Positions 40,747 through 51,517 of a stretch of DNA of 64,000 nt are shown in pieces. This DNA is from Promethearchaeota archaeon (GTDB lineage: Archaea; Asgardarchaeota; Lokiarchaeia; Sigyniarchaeales; SOKP01). The position numbers and the translations under genes were made by a program. The notes below the pieces were generated by a model. It was given only the letters and a program-made list of their open reading frames with translations. It did no database searches and was not told where the DNA came from. The stretch's first letter is position 1, and every line of letters begins with the position of its first letter. Location of the stretch: positions 1 to 64,000 of the forward strand of contig RDOE01000005.1 of assembly GCA_011364975.1 (NCBI GenBank). Direction: 5' to 3'.

Positions 40747-42108
40747 TTAAAATCCATCAAAATTCTTAAATAATTTGTCAAATCCCGGAGGAAGTCCCGG
40801 ACCACCTTTTTTACCTTTCTTTCCCATTTGTTTAAATCGTTTAAAGAATTTTTTCATTTGATTATATTGATCTAGCATCCTATTAATGGTGGTATAATCT
40901 GTACCACTTCCAATGGCTATTCGCCTCTTCCTCGACTTCTTTATAAGTTTTGGCTCATTTTTCTCATCTGCTGTCATAGAATTGAGAACTATTTCCCATT
41001 TAGCTAAATTTTGTTCCGCATCTTCTGTCAAGGCTTCAGGTATGTTACCGCCACCGATCATAGCTAAGATTTGCTTCATTTTACCAACTTTTTTTATGCT
41101 TTTTAATTGATAATAAAGATCTTCAAGTGTAAATTTCCCTCGCATCATCCTTTTAACCATTTCTGGATCCATTTCAACTTCTGCATCTTCTACTCGTTTA
41201 ACTAACCCTTCAATATCAGGTCTGCCTAATAAGGTACCAACAAACTTAGTTGGTTCAAATTCTTCTAATTCATCAACTTTTTCTCCAACTCCAATAAATC
41301 TTATTGGTTGATTAGTAGCAGCACATGCTGATAACGCTCCACCACCTTTAGCTGTTCCATCCAATTTAGTTACAATAATACTCCCAATTTTGGTGGCTTT
41401 AGCAAATTCTTCTGCTTGAGAGTATGCTTGTTGTCCTAAAGTGCCATCAATAACCAATATTACTTCGTTAGGTTTTAAACTTTCTTCAATTTTCTCCATC
41501 TCTTTCATTAATTCTTTTTCTTCTTTATGTCTCCCTGCAGTATCAACAATAATAATATCATTCCCATCATTTATTGCTTTCTTTGTTTCTTTTACTGCAA
41601 TTTTGATCGCATTCTTTTCATTTGGGTTTCCGTAACATTTCACGTCAATTTGGGTTGATAGTTGTACAAGTTGTTCATAAGCACCGGGTCTCCAAGTATC
41701 AGTAGTGACTACAGCTACTTTATATCCTTTATTTTTATAAAATCGGGCTAATTTCGCTACTGTCGTGGTTTTTCCTGATCCTTGTATTCCAACGAGTAAA
41801 ATTACATTACTCTTACCCGATTTTATTCTTATAGGGGCAGGCTTTCCTCCAATTGTCTTAACTAACTCATCATGCACAAGTTTAACTACAAAATCTTTCC
41901 TTCTTGCTCTTTTCAGTTCTGTATTCATTGCATCTTTTTTTATATTTTCGGTCATTTGAAAAACCAACTCAACTTTCACATCAGCACTAAGTAAAGCTCG
42001 TTGTAAATCTTGAATTATTGCATTAATTGTATCTTTGTCAATTTGAGGTAACCCACGTAATTTTCGCATAATATTTTCTAAGTCGCGTCCAAATTTTTTA
42101 AAAGCCAT
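40747..42108 (-). CDS. srp54: Signal recognition particle protein SRP54
   Basis: [28 protein letters not shown]-domain SR..RIA.GSG. Confidence 0.97.
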   Translation of the reverse strand: MAFKKFGRDLENIMRKLRGLPQIDKDTINAIIQDLQRALLSADVKVELVFQMTENIKKDAMNTELKRARRKDFVVKLVHDELVKTIGGKPAPIRIKSGKSNVILLVGIQGSGKTTTVAKLARFYKNKGYKVAVVTTDTWRPGAYEQLVQLSTQIDVKCYGNPNEKNAIKIAVKETKKAINDGNDIIIVDTAGRHKEEKELMKEMEKIEESLKPNEVILVIDGTLGQQAYSQAEEFAKATKIGSIIVTKLDGTAKGGGALSACAATNQPIRFIGVGEKVDELEEFEPTKFVGTLLGRPDIEGLVKRVEDAEVEMDPEMVKRMMRGKFTLEDLYYQLKSIKKVGKMKQILAMIGGGNIPEALTEDAEQNLAKWEIVLNSMTADEKNEPKLIKKSRKRRIAIGSGTDYTTINRMLDQYNQMKKFFKRFKQMGKKGKKGGPGLPPGFDKLFKNFDGF

Positions 42109-42427
42109 GATTACCGTTATTTTAAAATTATCTTTAGTAATTAATATCTCTAAAAACTAATATTTTTTTGGAATATTATAGATTATAAATTTAAATTTTT
42201 TTTTAGCATATATTAATTCTGAATTTAAAAACATAGATTTAGTTATAAAAATGTTATAAATCAAATAACTTTATGACAGATATGTAGATCTTAAAAAGCT
42301 TGTTCCACTCCTAAGATTTATTTTAAACGCCTTTATAAAAGAAACTACCTCTTGATTAAATTTAAAATTAAGAGGGGGGGATTCACGATTATTGTAGTAT
42401 ATATAGTTTTTTAAATATTCATTTATA

Positions 42428-43033
42428 ATGGAATTTCAGATTGACCCAGCACAATTTCTTCCAAATATTGACCAATGGTTAATTGGTATTAATTATTTTT
42501 TCGAACTAACATTCTCCTATTTGAAATACATATTTTTTGTGATCTTATTAGTAATAGGAATTCTTACATTAATCAGTTTAAGAGGGCGATACTTTTTAGA
42601 GCGTTTAAGGTATAGCCAAGAGCAAAAACTTGCCGATAATCCAATAACTAAACCAAGATTGATAATAGGCACGATTTATATAATAATTGCGTTTGGAATT
42701 TTATTTAATTGGTTCACATATCTATTAATAATCAGCCTAAATCCACTTCCTGATAGATTTGTATTTAATTTCATAGAATTTACTGATATTTTTGATCCTT
42801 ATGGTTTAAACAGAATCTCAGATATTAATATGGCTCAATTTGAATTTGAAAAAACATTATATTACCTTATTTCTATAGGTTCATTTGCCTCTCTTTTAAA
42901 TATTATAATCAGTATATGGTTATTAGTAAATAAAGGAGGAAAAGATGCTAAAAAATCCATTATAATGCTCATTGGAGGCATAATTGGGGGCATTTTGACA
43001 GGATTTACCACTTGTTTACCCTTATTTTTATAA
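42428..43033 (+). CDS. Hypothetical 4-TM membrane protein
   Basis: Four hydrophobic segments. Confidence 0.75.
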   Translation: MEFQIDPAQFLPNIDQWLIGINYFFELTFSYLKYIFFVILLVIGILTLISLRGRYFLERLRYSQEQKLADNPITKPRLIIGTIYIIIAFGILFNWFTYLLIISLNPLPDRFVFNFIEFTDIFDPYGLNRISDINMAQFEFEKTLYYLISIGSFASLLNIIISIWLLVNKGGKDAKKSIIMLIGGIIGGILTGFTTCLPLFL

Positions 43034-43399
43034 AAAGTTATTATTCTCTTAAATTGTTTAAGTGTAATTGGGTTATACGTTATATGTTTTTTATTTATGT
43101 GAAGTTAACTTTTTAGTTAAGAAATAATATCGATTCCTTTAAGCGAGTAATTCAGATAGTCAATTTTTTAAAAAAGGGTATTATTATAAAAATTACTAAA
43201 GAAATGAATACAAATTAAAAAACCGGGTTTCTAGAATTTGAAAGGAGATTTATATCTAACACTTCTAAAATCTTCATTTTAAATCTAAAACTTTAATTTA
43301 ATTATAAGTATTTTAATAGTCAATCTTGTAAAAATGCCAAATCTTTTTTTTCAAGAAACACTGATAATATTAAATTTAAAAAAAAAAGATGAAGTAAAT

Positions 43400-43828
43400 A
43401 TGTCGATACGCAAAACTGAAATTCAAAAGTTAAAAACGGGACAATACATGATGGTCGAGGGTGAACCATGTATTATTAAATCTACAGAACGATCTAAGAG
43501 TGGAAAGCATGGTCATGCAAAAGTTCGGATAGTTTGTGTTGGAGTTTTTGATAATAACAAAAGATCTCTTACAATTCCATCAGGTCATGTAGTTGATACT
43601 CCAGAAATACTAAAAGGAAATGCACAGATAAATTTTATTGAAGATAATATTATCAATATCATGAATCTTGAAACTTATGAGTCGTTTGATGTTGAATGGC
43701 CGGCAGAAGAGGATTCAAGAGCTAAACTTAAAGAATTAAAAAGTAATCCTCCTAAAATGGGGACTTCTCAAGTAGAATTTTGGGAAATCGCTGGTAAAAA
43801 GCTGATTAATCGAGTAATTATTAATTAA
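43400..43828 (+). CDS. eif5a: Translation factor eIF5A (aIF5A)
   Basis: SKSGKHGHAK hypusine loop; ATG at 43400. Confidence 0.95.
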   Translation: MSIRKTEIQKLKTGQYMMVEGEPCIIKSTERSKSGKHGHAKVRIVCVGVFDNNKRSLTIPSGHVVDTPEILKGNAQINFIEDNIINIMNLETYESFDVEWPAEEDSRAKLKELKSNPPKMGTSQVEFWEIAGKKLINRVIIN

Positions 43829-43930
43829 TATAATTACAATTTCTTTTTAAGTGAAGTTTAAATTTTATTTTATTATAATTTAATATTTTTAGTAATTTAT
43901 TGTATTATATAGAATATTTTATAGCAAAGT

Positions 43931-44866
43931 TTGAGATTAATGGATAAAAAGGCGATTTCTTTAGCTTGCAGAATGGATTCGGAAAGAGCTATAAAGTTGA
44001 CTAAGAGAATTTTTGAATTCCTAGTTAAAAAGGGGGAAGTGGTTCAATTAGAAACTAGAATTGCACCAAAAATTTTTCCCCATAGTGGAAAAGATTTAAG
44101 TGAGATGAATACAGATAATACTAAATTTTTGATCTCAACAGGTGGAGATGGTACCATCTTACGTGTCGTAAGTAGCCTACCTCTGCGTAAAGCACCACCT
44201 ATATTAGGAGTAAATATTGGCTCCTTAGGATTTCTCGATGAATCAAATGAAAGAACAATATTCAATGACATAAATAGGGTATTAAATGGGGAATATGTTA
44301 TCGAAAACTGTTCAAAAATAGTACCCTATATTATTAAGGATAATGAAGAAATAAAATTGAATAGTGCTTTAAATGAAATCTTAATAGTGTCATCGAAAAG
44401 TTCTAAAGTATTACTCTTATCCGTAAAAATTGATGGGGTATATTTAAATCGAAGTTATGTTGATGGAATTATTATTTCTACAGCTGTAGGATCCACAGCA
44501 TATAATCTAAGCGCGGGTGGTGCTATAGTAAAGTCAAACATGGATATAATGGAAATAACCCCTTTAAATAGTTTTGCGAGAACCGGTTTAAAGCCAATAG
44601 TATTACCTATTGACAGTGAAATTGAGATCCAATTATTAAGACCTCGATTAAATGCAAAAATTATAATAGATGGTCAAAGAACTTTTAAAAAAATACCACC
44701 AAACACTATTATAAAAATTCGAAAAGCTAACGCATATAATAGTTTTATACGCCTATCTCAAAGTCAAAGTGAAAATTATATTAAACGATTAAGAAAAAAA
44801 ATTATTGGTACTCTTAAGGTTCCTTTAGATGACAGTCCTGAAGAGGAATTCAATTCTGGTTTTTGA
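43931..44866 (+). CDS. nadK: NAD kinase
   Basis: GGDGT, LGFL, NE, DG.IIST..GSTAYNLSAGG. Confidence 0.95.
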   Translation: MRLMDKKAISLACRMDSERAIKLTKRIFEFLVKKGEVVQLETRIAPKIFPHSGKDLSEMNTDNTKFLISTGGDGTILRVVSSLPLRKAPPILGVNIGSLGFLDESNERTIFNDINRVLNGEYVIENCSKIVPYIIKDNEEIKLNSALNEILIVSSKSSKVLLLSVKIDGVYLNRSYVDGIIISTAVGSTAYNLSAGGAIVKSNMDIMEITPLNSFARTGLKPIVLPIDSEIEIQLLRPRLNAKIIIDGQRTFKKIPPNTIIKIRKANAYNSFIRLSQSQSENYIKRLRKKIIGTLKVPLDDSPEEEFNSGF

Positions 44867-45377
44867 TACAAATATTTTTTTAACTGGGATTGATTTTAGT
44901 CTTATTCCTAATGAAATTTACACTACAACTCAAGTAATAGAGGAAATTGAAGTAGTTAAATACCAAGAGAAAAATAGAGCTATTGCCACTCGAATTTTCG
45001 CTGCAAAAGAAACTGGTCAACTCATAATAAAAACACCTGTTAATAAATACATAAATTACGTAACTATTAATTCAAAATCAACGGGAGATTTTAGTAGTTT
45101 ATCCGAAACGGATATCGGACTAATTGCGTTAGCATTAGAATTACAAGATGCCAAGAAGAGTGATGTTATTGTTTATACGAATGATTATTCAATGGAAAAT
45201 CTGTGTTTTCATCTTGGGTTAAAATTTAAATCAATTTTCAAACCAGGGATTAAAAAGAAATTAAATTTTGAAATCTATTGCCCAATTTGTAACAAGGTTT
45301 ATCCTTCTACTATTATATATAACAATTGCGATAACTGTGGAATAAGATTGAAAAGAAGAGCTTTATCCTTCAAATAA
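44829..45377 (+). CDS. nob1: Nob1 rRNA-processing endonuclease (PIN plus Zn ribbon)
   Basis: DTN, LSETD, TNDY, CPIC..CDNCG. Confidence 0.9.
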   Translation: MTVLKRNSILVFDTNIFLTGIDFSLIPNEIYTTTQVIEEIEVVKYQEKNRAIATRIFAAKETGQLIIKTPVNKYINYVTINSKSTGDFSSLSETDIGLIALALELQDAKKSDVIVYTNDYSMENLCFHLGLKFKSIFKPGIKKKLNFEIYCPICNKVYPSTIIYNNCDNCGIRLKRRALSFK

Positions 45378-45443
45378 AATGAGTGTATAATATAAATTGA
45401 GATTACTAATTTAATATTAAGCAAGACGAAAAAGTGGATAAAA

Positions 45444-46493
45444 ATGGGAATTAAAATAAATGAACTTGTAAAAGAAGTAAAAAGAACTATAAATTTTGAA
45501 AATCTATTGAACAAAGTCATTGCAATTGATGCATTCAATACTCTATATCAGTTCCTTGCAATAATAAGACAACAGGATGGAACACCACTAAAGGATTATG
45601 GCGGAAATGTAACTTCTCATCTTTCTGGATTATTTTATAGAACAATTAATTTTTTGGAACATAATATAAGGCCTATTTATGTATTTGATGGAGAGCCTTC
45701 TGTGTTAAAGCTAGATACCATTAAAGAACGAAAAAAGGTCAAAGAGGAAGCAAAACAAAAGATGATTATAGCACAAGATAAAGAAGATCTGGTAGAAGCA
45801 AAGAAATATGCGCAATTGACTTCAAAATTGGATGCTAATATGATTGAGGAGAGTAAAAAATTAATTCAGTATTTGGGATTACCAATTGTTGATGCTAAAT
45901 CTGAAGGTGAGGCCCAATCTGCTTATTTAGTTGAGGTAGGTGCTGCTTGGGCTTGTGCATCTCAGGATTACGACACACTATTATTTGGGGGGGAAAGATT
46001 ACTAAGGAACTTTGCTATTAGTAGGAGTAAAAAGGTAAAGGATACTACGGTAACCCTTGATATTGAATATATATCACTATCTAAATTTTTAGAACAGTTA
46101 AAAATTACAAAAGAACAATTAATAGAGATGGGAATTTTAATTGGAACCGATTTTTTTCCTGGGGTTAAAGGAATTGGGCAGCATAAAGCACTGGAATTAA
46201 TAAAACAGTATGGATCTTTAAAAAATATAATAAATAGTAATGTAAAAATTGGAAAGGTTGAAATTGATATTGATCAAGATATTATCGATAAAATAAAAGA
46301 TATCTTTTTATATCCCGATATAGAAAAAAATTACCCAACGTTAAAGTGGGAAAAAATAAATTATGAAAAAATTGAAGAGTTGTTGATTGAACAGCACAAT
46401 TTTTCAGATCAAAGAGTTCGAAATGCTCTTGAACGTTTAAGAAAGCAAGATTCATCCAAAAGACAAGTATCTTTAGATAATTTTTTCAAATAA
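45444..46493 (+). CDS. fen: Flap endonuclease-1
   Basis: YQFL, TSHLSG, EGEAQ, SQDYD, GTDF, PIP box QVSLDNFF. Confidence 0.97.
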   Translation: MGIKINELVKEVKRTINFENLLNKVIAIDAFNTLYQFLAIIRQQDGTPLKDYGGNVTSHLSGLFYRTINFLEHNIRPIYVFDGEPSVLKLDTIKERKKVKEEAKQKMIIAQDKEDLVEAKKYAQLTSKLDANMIEESKKLIQYLGLPIVDAKSEGEAQSAYLVEVGAAWACASQDYDTLLFGGERLLRNFAISRSKKVKDTTVTLDIEYISLSKFLEQLKITKEQLIEMGILIGTDFFPGVKGIGQHKALELIKQYGSLKNIINSNVKIGKVEIDIDQDIIDKIKDIFLYPDIEKNYPTLKWEKINYEKIEELLIEQHNFSDQRVRNALERLRKQDSSKRQVSLDNFFK

Positions 46494-46587
46494 TTTAGGA
46501 TTTTTAAATTAAAGAAATATAGAAAAATTTTTACAAAGCTATTGCTTTATTTAATTAATAAAATTAATAAATTTAGTTTAGTCAATA

Positions 46588-48822
46588 ATGTCTGCAAGAG
46601 ATAATGATAAGCCTAAATCTAATGAAAGTAATAATGTTAGAATCACTTTACGAGTTCAAAAAGCTAAAAAAAGAGATATTGGACGCAATATTGTCAGAAT
46701 AGACCCTAATACCATGGAAAAACTAAATGTTCAAACAGGTGATGTGATCGCTCTTACGGGGAAAAAAGAAAGTGCCGGGATTGCCTGGCCAAGTTATCCT
46801 CAAGATAGTGGACTTGGAATTGTTAGAATAGATTCTAGTTTAAGGAAAAATACAGGGACTAGTATCGATGATACTATTGAAATATATAAAATAACAATCC
46901 AACCGGCAAGAAATATTACCTTAGCTCCTACAACAGTCAAAATTAAAACAAACACAAGATTTGAATCGTTTGTAAAAAGAAAGTTAAATAATTATCCAGT
47001 AACCCTTGAGGATTTTATTTCAATCTCGATCGGAATCAGTCGTGAAATAACTTTCAAAGTTATAAGCATGAAACCTACTGGTGTTTGCATAATTAAACCA
47101 GAAACAGATTTAAATATTAGTGAAACTATTACTGAGGATGAAGAACAGGGTGCAGATTATGTTACTTATGAGCAAGTTGGAGGTTTAGACCGAGAGATTC
47201 AACGAGTAAGAGAAATGGTAGAATTACCACTGAGACATCCCTCATTATTTAAACGTTTAGGAATTGATCCCCCAAAAGGTGTTTTATTAAGAGGACCCCC
47301 GGGTTGCGGAAAAACACTCTTAGCTAAAGCCGTAGCTAATGAAAGTGAGGCTTATTTTATCTCCATAAATGGTCCAGAGATAATGAGTAAATTTTATGGT
47401 GAATCAGAGAAAAAATTGAGGAAGATATTTGACGAGGCTCAAGAAAAAAGTCCTTCTATAGTCTTTATAGATGAGTTAGATGCCATTGCTCCTAAGAGGG
47501 AGACAGTAACAGGTGAAGTGGAAAGAAGGGTCGTAGCACAATTATTAGCACTTATGGATGGATTACATAGTAGAGGTAAAGTGATTGTTATAGGCGCAAC
47601 CAATAGACCAAATAGTTTAGATGAAGCCTTAAGAAGACCCGGTCGATTTGATCGGGAAATAGAGATAAAGGTCCCAAATGAAAAAGGACGAAGGGAAATT
47701 TTTCAAATACATACGAGAAATATGCCTTTAGATAAAAAAATATCATTGAAAGAATTTGCGAATATTACTCATGGATTTGTTGGGGCAGATATTTCTGCAG
47801 TTTGTAGAGAAGCAGCGATGTCCGCATTAAGAAGATATTTGCCTAAAATTGATTTAGATTCAGATATGATTGATCCAGAATTACTAGAACAAATAGAAGT
47901 AACAAAAGAAGATTTTGAACAAGCTTTAAAAGAAGTGTTACCCTCTGGAATACGGGAAGTGTTTGTGGAGGTCCCAAATGTCAAATGGGATCAAATTGGA
48001 GGATTAGAAGAGTTAAAACAAAAACTTATTGAATCAGTAGATTGGCCTCTATCTCATCCCAATATATTTGAGCGTATGGGAATTACCCCTCCTAGAGGCA
48101 TATTACTTTATGGGCCACCAGGGTGCGGAAAAACACTTCTGGCTAGAGCTGTTGCTAATGAAAGTAAAGCCAATTTCATTTCAATTAAGGGTCCAGAATT
48201 ATTATCTAAATACGTTGGAGAGAGCGAAAAAGCAATAAGAGAAGTATTTCGAAAAGCAAAAATGGCAGCACCTTGTATCATTTTTTTTGATGAATTTGAT
48301 TCTATTGCCCCGAGCAGAGGTCGATATACTTCCGATTCAGGGGTATCAGAAAAGGTGCTTTCTCAATTTTTAACCGAATTAGATGGATTAGAAGTAAACA
48401 AGGATATTTTGGTGATTGCAGCTACAAATAGACCAGATATATTGGATCCTGCATTAATAAGGCCTGGAAGAATTGACAGAATTTTGTTAGTACCTGCCCC
48501 CGATGAAAAAGGAAGGATGGAAATTTTTAAAATTTTTACCAAAAACATGCCCCTTGCAAGTGATGTGGATTTAGAACTCATAAATAAGAAATTAAAAGGA
48601 TTTTCAGGGGCAGATATAGAGACATTATGCCGTGAAGCTGCAATGATTGCCTTAAGAGAAAATTTAAGAGCAAGAAAAGTTACTTTTGAACATCTAAAAG
48701 TAGCTAAAGAATCAGTTAACCCAAGTATTACTCCAGAAATCATTAAATGGTATGAACAATTTGGAGAAAAGTTAAAAAGTCGCATAATTGAAAAAGCTAA
48801 AGAAGATCGTTTATTTGTTTAA
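46588..48822 (+). CDS. cdc48: Cdc48/VAT AAA+ ATPase
   Basis: N-domain plus two GPPGCGKT modules with SRH (RPGRFDR, RPGRIDR). Confidence 0.97.
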   Translation: MSARDNDKPKSNESNNVRITLRVQKAKKRDIGRNIVRIDPNTMEKLNVQTGDVIALTGKKESAGIAWPSYPQDSGLGIVRIDSSLRKNTGTSIDDTIEIYKITIQPARNITLAPTTVKIKTNTRFESFVKRKLNNYPVTLEDFISISIGISREITFKVISMKPTGVCIIKPETDLNISETITEDEEQGADYVTYEQVGGLDREIQRVREMVELPLRHPSLFKRLGIDPPKGVLLRGPPGCGKTLLAKAVANESEAYFISINGPEIMSKFYGESEKKLRKIFDEAQEKSPSIVFIDELDAIAPKRETVTGEVERRVVAQLLALMDGLHSRGKVIVIGATNRPNSLDEALRRPGRFDREIEIKVPNEKGRREIFQIHTRNMPLDKKISLKEFANITHGFVGADISAVCREAAMSALRRYLPKIDLDSDMIDPELLEQIEVTKEDFEQALKEVLPSGIREVFVEVPNVKWDQIGGLEELKQKLIESVDWPLSHPNIFERMGITPPRGILLYGPPGCGKTLLARAVANESKANFISIKGPELLSKYVGESEKAIREVFRKAKMAAPCIIFFDEFDSIAPSRGRYTSDSGVSEKVLSQFLTELDGLEVNKDILVIAATNRPDILDPALIRPGRIDRILLVPAPDEKGRMEIFKIFTKNMPLASDVDLELINKKLKGFSGADIETLCREAAMIALRENLRARKVTFEHLKVAKESVNPSITPEIIKWYEQFGEKLKSRIIEKAKEDRLFV

Positions 48823-48901
48823 AATAAACAATAAAGTTAATTTATCATAAATCTTTTTTACAATTAGAATTCTATTTTTAAAATATAAGTATAGTAAAAA
48901 G

Positions 48902-49183
48902 GTGTTTAACATAGAAGCACACCGCTGGAATCAAAAACCAATAGTTAATTCTCTGATTGATATAATAATCAAAAATAAGGGAGAAGTTTTAGATAAACGG
49001 CTCGAGGAATTATTGAAAAAGGAATTCCCATTTATAAATCCTTTAATGCTTGAAGAAATATTGATGAAATTAGAAAGCCTAAATATTATAAACGTATTTA
49101 GAGTATCTAAAACTAAAAAAATGATCGTTCTTAATAAGAACAACCAAGAAATCAAAGAAGATATTATGGGTACGTCAGTTTGA
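48902..49183 (+). CDS. Small winged-helix-like protein downstream of cdc48
   Basis: Three helices plus a hairpin (LMKLESLNIINV); GTG start. Confidence 0.7.
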   Translation: MFNIEAHRWNQKPIVNSLIDIIIKNKGEVLDKRLEELLKKEFPFINPLMLEEILMKLESLNIINVFRVSKTKKMIVLNKNNQEIKEDIMGTSV

Positions 49184-50701
49184 GCTGATCTTGTCCCATT
49201 TAGAGCAAACTTGAGAGAGTGAAATATCTTCTAACTCAGATTTATATATTCTCTGCCTTATTTCGATGAAGATAGGATAATTTATTGCGCTACCCATTAA
49301 CAACATTTCTCCTACAGCTAAACTAGAGATCATCCTTGCATAATCTTTAGTAATATTCTCAGAACTATCCATCAAATGTTTTAAATCATAGGGGTTTTTT
49401 ATATTTAGAATCATTTTAGAATTTGCTTGGGATAGGGCAGTTGTGCTTAATTTTTTGGGTCTCTGACTTATGAGGCAAAGGCATGCCATAAATTTTCGAC
49501 CTTCTCGCGCAATTGTTTCGATAATACTTTTAGAAAGTGCTTTTGAATGAGCAGCTTCTGGACAGAATTGATGTGCTTCTTCAATTATGAGTAAAAAGGG
49601 AGGGATTTCATTCTTCCGTCTTAAGTAAAATAAGCGATTGCAAATATAGTCCACGATTATTTGTTTTTTCCTTATTGAAATTTCATTTTGAAGATTAAAT
49701 ATAGTCAATTGTCCCCCATCAACTATATTTTTTAATTTGGGATTTTCTTGTGGACCAAATAGTCTTAAATGCTCGAGATCAGCCAACCAACCTATTAATG
49801 CTTGTTTAGTGCTTTTGTTACCATTTGTGTCCTTCTCAATAAAACTTATTAAATCATTCAAACTATACCCTTTTTTTGAATTATCATTATCTTTTAAATT
49901 CTTTATGTAATTAGAAAGTTCTCTAACTTGTACATTAGAAATCTGTTCTTGATACTTTTTAAAAGAATATGGATTCAATTGAGGTATAGAAATTTGGAAA
50001 TATTGGGTATCAATTATTTTTACTTTATCTTTAATTGGTGAAACATTCTTTAGATAAGTATATTCCCCATGAACATCGATCAAAATAATTGCTGGTGTCC
50101 CTAAGGAAATTTCTCTCGATAGTAATTCTTCTAATATAATTGAAGTTAAATAACTTTTTCCGCCTCCTGATATTGATAGTATTGCAAAGTGCTTATTTAA
50201 AAGGCGATCCATATTTATGTATGCGTTCAAATCAGTAACCTTAATTTTACCTAGATTTAACCCATTTTCAGGACTGAGTCCTAAGAAATCTTTAAGTAGA
50301 TCATCATCGACTAGGTAAACTTCCTTTCCTGGACTAGCAGGAAAAGTCATTCGGCTAATCTTGTCTATTATTTTTTTATCATCTTTTTGAAATTGTATAA
50401 TGCCTAGATTTCTCACGATAGCAATAGCATACTCGAAATCATCGCTTGGAAACAGTCCTTTGAGGATATTTGGATTACTATCGTTATTATAGGCTTTAAT
50501 TGTTAAAGCATCAGAAAAATATTCATTTAGTAATATAATCTTTTCAATTATACCTATCAAATATCCTTCAATTGAATTAGTATAGACGAACAAACCTTTT
50601 TTTACGATTACTCCATCATTTCTTTTATTTATAACAAATGGATATTGTAATACATCAGGTAATTGAAGAAAATTGAAAACTATACCAACCTTAAAGGACA
50701 T
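49175..50701 (-). CDS. herA: HerA/DUF87-family ATPase
   Basis: HFAILSISGGGKS, DVHGEY, IEEAH, REGRKF, SQRP. Confidence 0.9.
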   Translation of the reverse strand: MSFKVGIVFNFLQLPDVLQYPFVINKRNDGVIVKKGLFVYTNSIEGYLIGIIEKIILLNEYFSDALTIKAYNNDSNPNILKGLFPSDDFEYAIAIVRNLGIIQFQKDDKKIIDKISRMTFPASPGKEVYLVDDDLLKDFLGLSPENGLNLGKIKVTDLNAYINMDRLLNKHFAILSISGGGKSYLTSIILEELLSREISLGTPAIILIDVHGEYTYLKNVSPIKDKVKIIDTQYFQISIPQLNPYSFKKYQEQISNVQVRELSNYIKNLKDNDNSKKGYSLNDLISFIEKDTNGNKSTKQALIGWLADLEHLRLFGPQENPKLKNIVDGGQLTIFNLQNEISIRKKQIIVDYICNRLFYLRRKNEIPPFLLIIEEAHQFCPEAAHSKALSKSIIETIAREGRKFMACLCLISQRPKKLSTTALSQANSKMILNIKNPYDLKHLMDSSENITKDYARMISSLAVGEMLLMGSAINYPIFIEIRQRIYKSELEDISLSQVCSKWDKISSN

Positions 50702-50801
50702 TAAATTTAGTTACAATGTATATTTAATAAAAATAAGATAAGAGCCAAAATTTTCTAATTTTATTAGAGTTTAAATGAATATTAAAAAAAATTAATGCTT
50801 T

Positions 50802-51407
50802 TTATTTTTCTTCTTTCTCTAAAAGACCCATTATTTTAAGAATAACGTAATAGCCATTTTTCCAAAAGTATATCATAAATAATGTAACAGCTAAGAACGC
50901 AAATGAAGTAATTCCTGCAAAAAGAACCCAATTTCCACCACTGAAGCTTTCTAAGATACCAGAAAAAGGAGACCCACTAGATGGCCCAAGTAGCATATCT
51001 TGAACTATAGCATAAGTCATTCCAATGATAATAAGAATAATACTAATTAATAATCCTCCTGCAGCGATTTTAACATCTAACCGATTTTTATATTTCTCTT
51101 CAATTTGTTTTATTTTAAAAACAAATTTGGTAACCCATCTTCTACCTTTTTTAAACAAGCCAAAGAAGAAAACCAGTAAAAAGAATAACCCTGCTGAAAA
51201 TCCAGCGACTATTGCGATTTGATAACCTAAATTTAGACTCAGAAATAATTCGAATTTTCCTTCTGGCATAATAAAATCAAAAATTGACCATATCAAGCCC
51301 GTTAAAGTGATTAAACAGGCAATTACGATAAAGATATAAAATAATTCTCCAACAACTCTTTGTTTTGATGTATAGACTTCTTTATAGTTAGTAATTGATT
51401 CGTTCAT
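50802..51407 (-). CDS. 4-TM membrane protein with internal two-fold repeat
   Basis: Two TM-loop-TM units ending LFKKG and FWKNG. Confidence 0.75.
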   Translation of the reverse strand: MNESITNYKEVYTSKQRVVGELFYIFIVIACLITLTGLIWSIFDFIMPEGKFELFLSLNLGYQIAIVAGFSAGLFFLLVFFFGLFKKGRRWVTKFVFKIKQIEEKYKNRLDVKIAAGGLLISIILIIIGMTYAIVQDMLLGPSSGSPFSGILESFSGGNWVLFAGITSFAFLAVTLFMIYFWKNGYYVILKIMGLLEKEEK

Positions 51408-51517
51408 TTTTTCACTTCTTTTATTTTTTTAATCATTTTATAACATTCTAAATATATAAAATTGATTATTACATAACAATTTATTAATGAAAAAAGAAGG
51501 GATGAGATCCAGGTAAT

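Noticed and set aside
43034-43333. 300-bp spacer as a possible ncRNA
   Set aside because: Very AT-rich, with no stable stems or recognisable RNA motifs
24122-50701. Selenocysteine read-through at TGA stops (25159, 29151, 29156, 30934, 49175, 49183)
   Set aside because: Proteins look complete at the TGA, there is no redox-motif context, and most run into a convergent gene
49175-50701. HerA as an anti-phage system (Sir2-HerA type)
   Set aside because: No adjacent Sir2 or nuclease effector; housekeeping context
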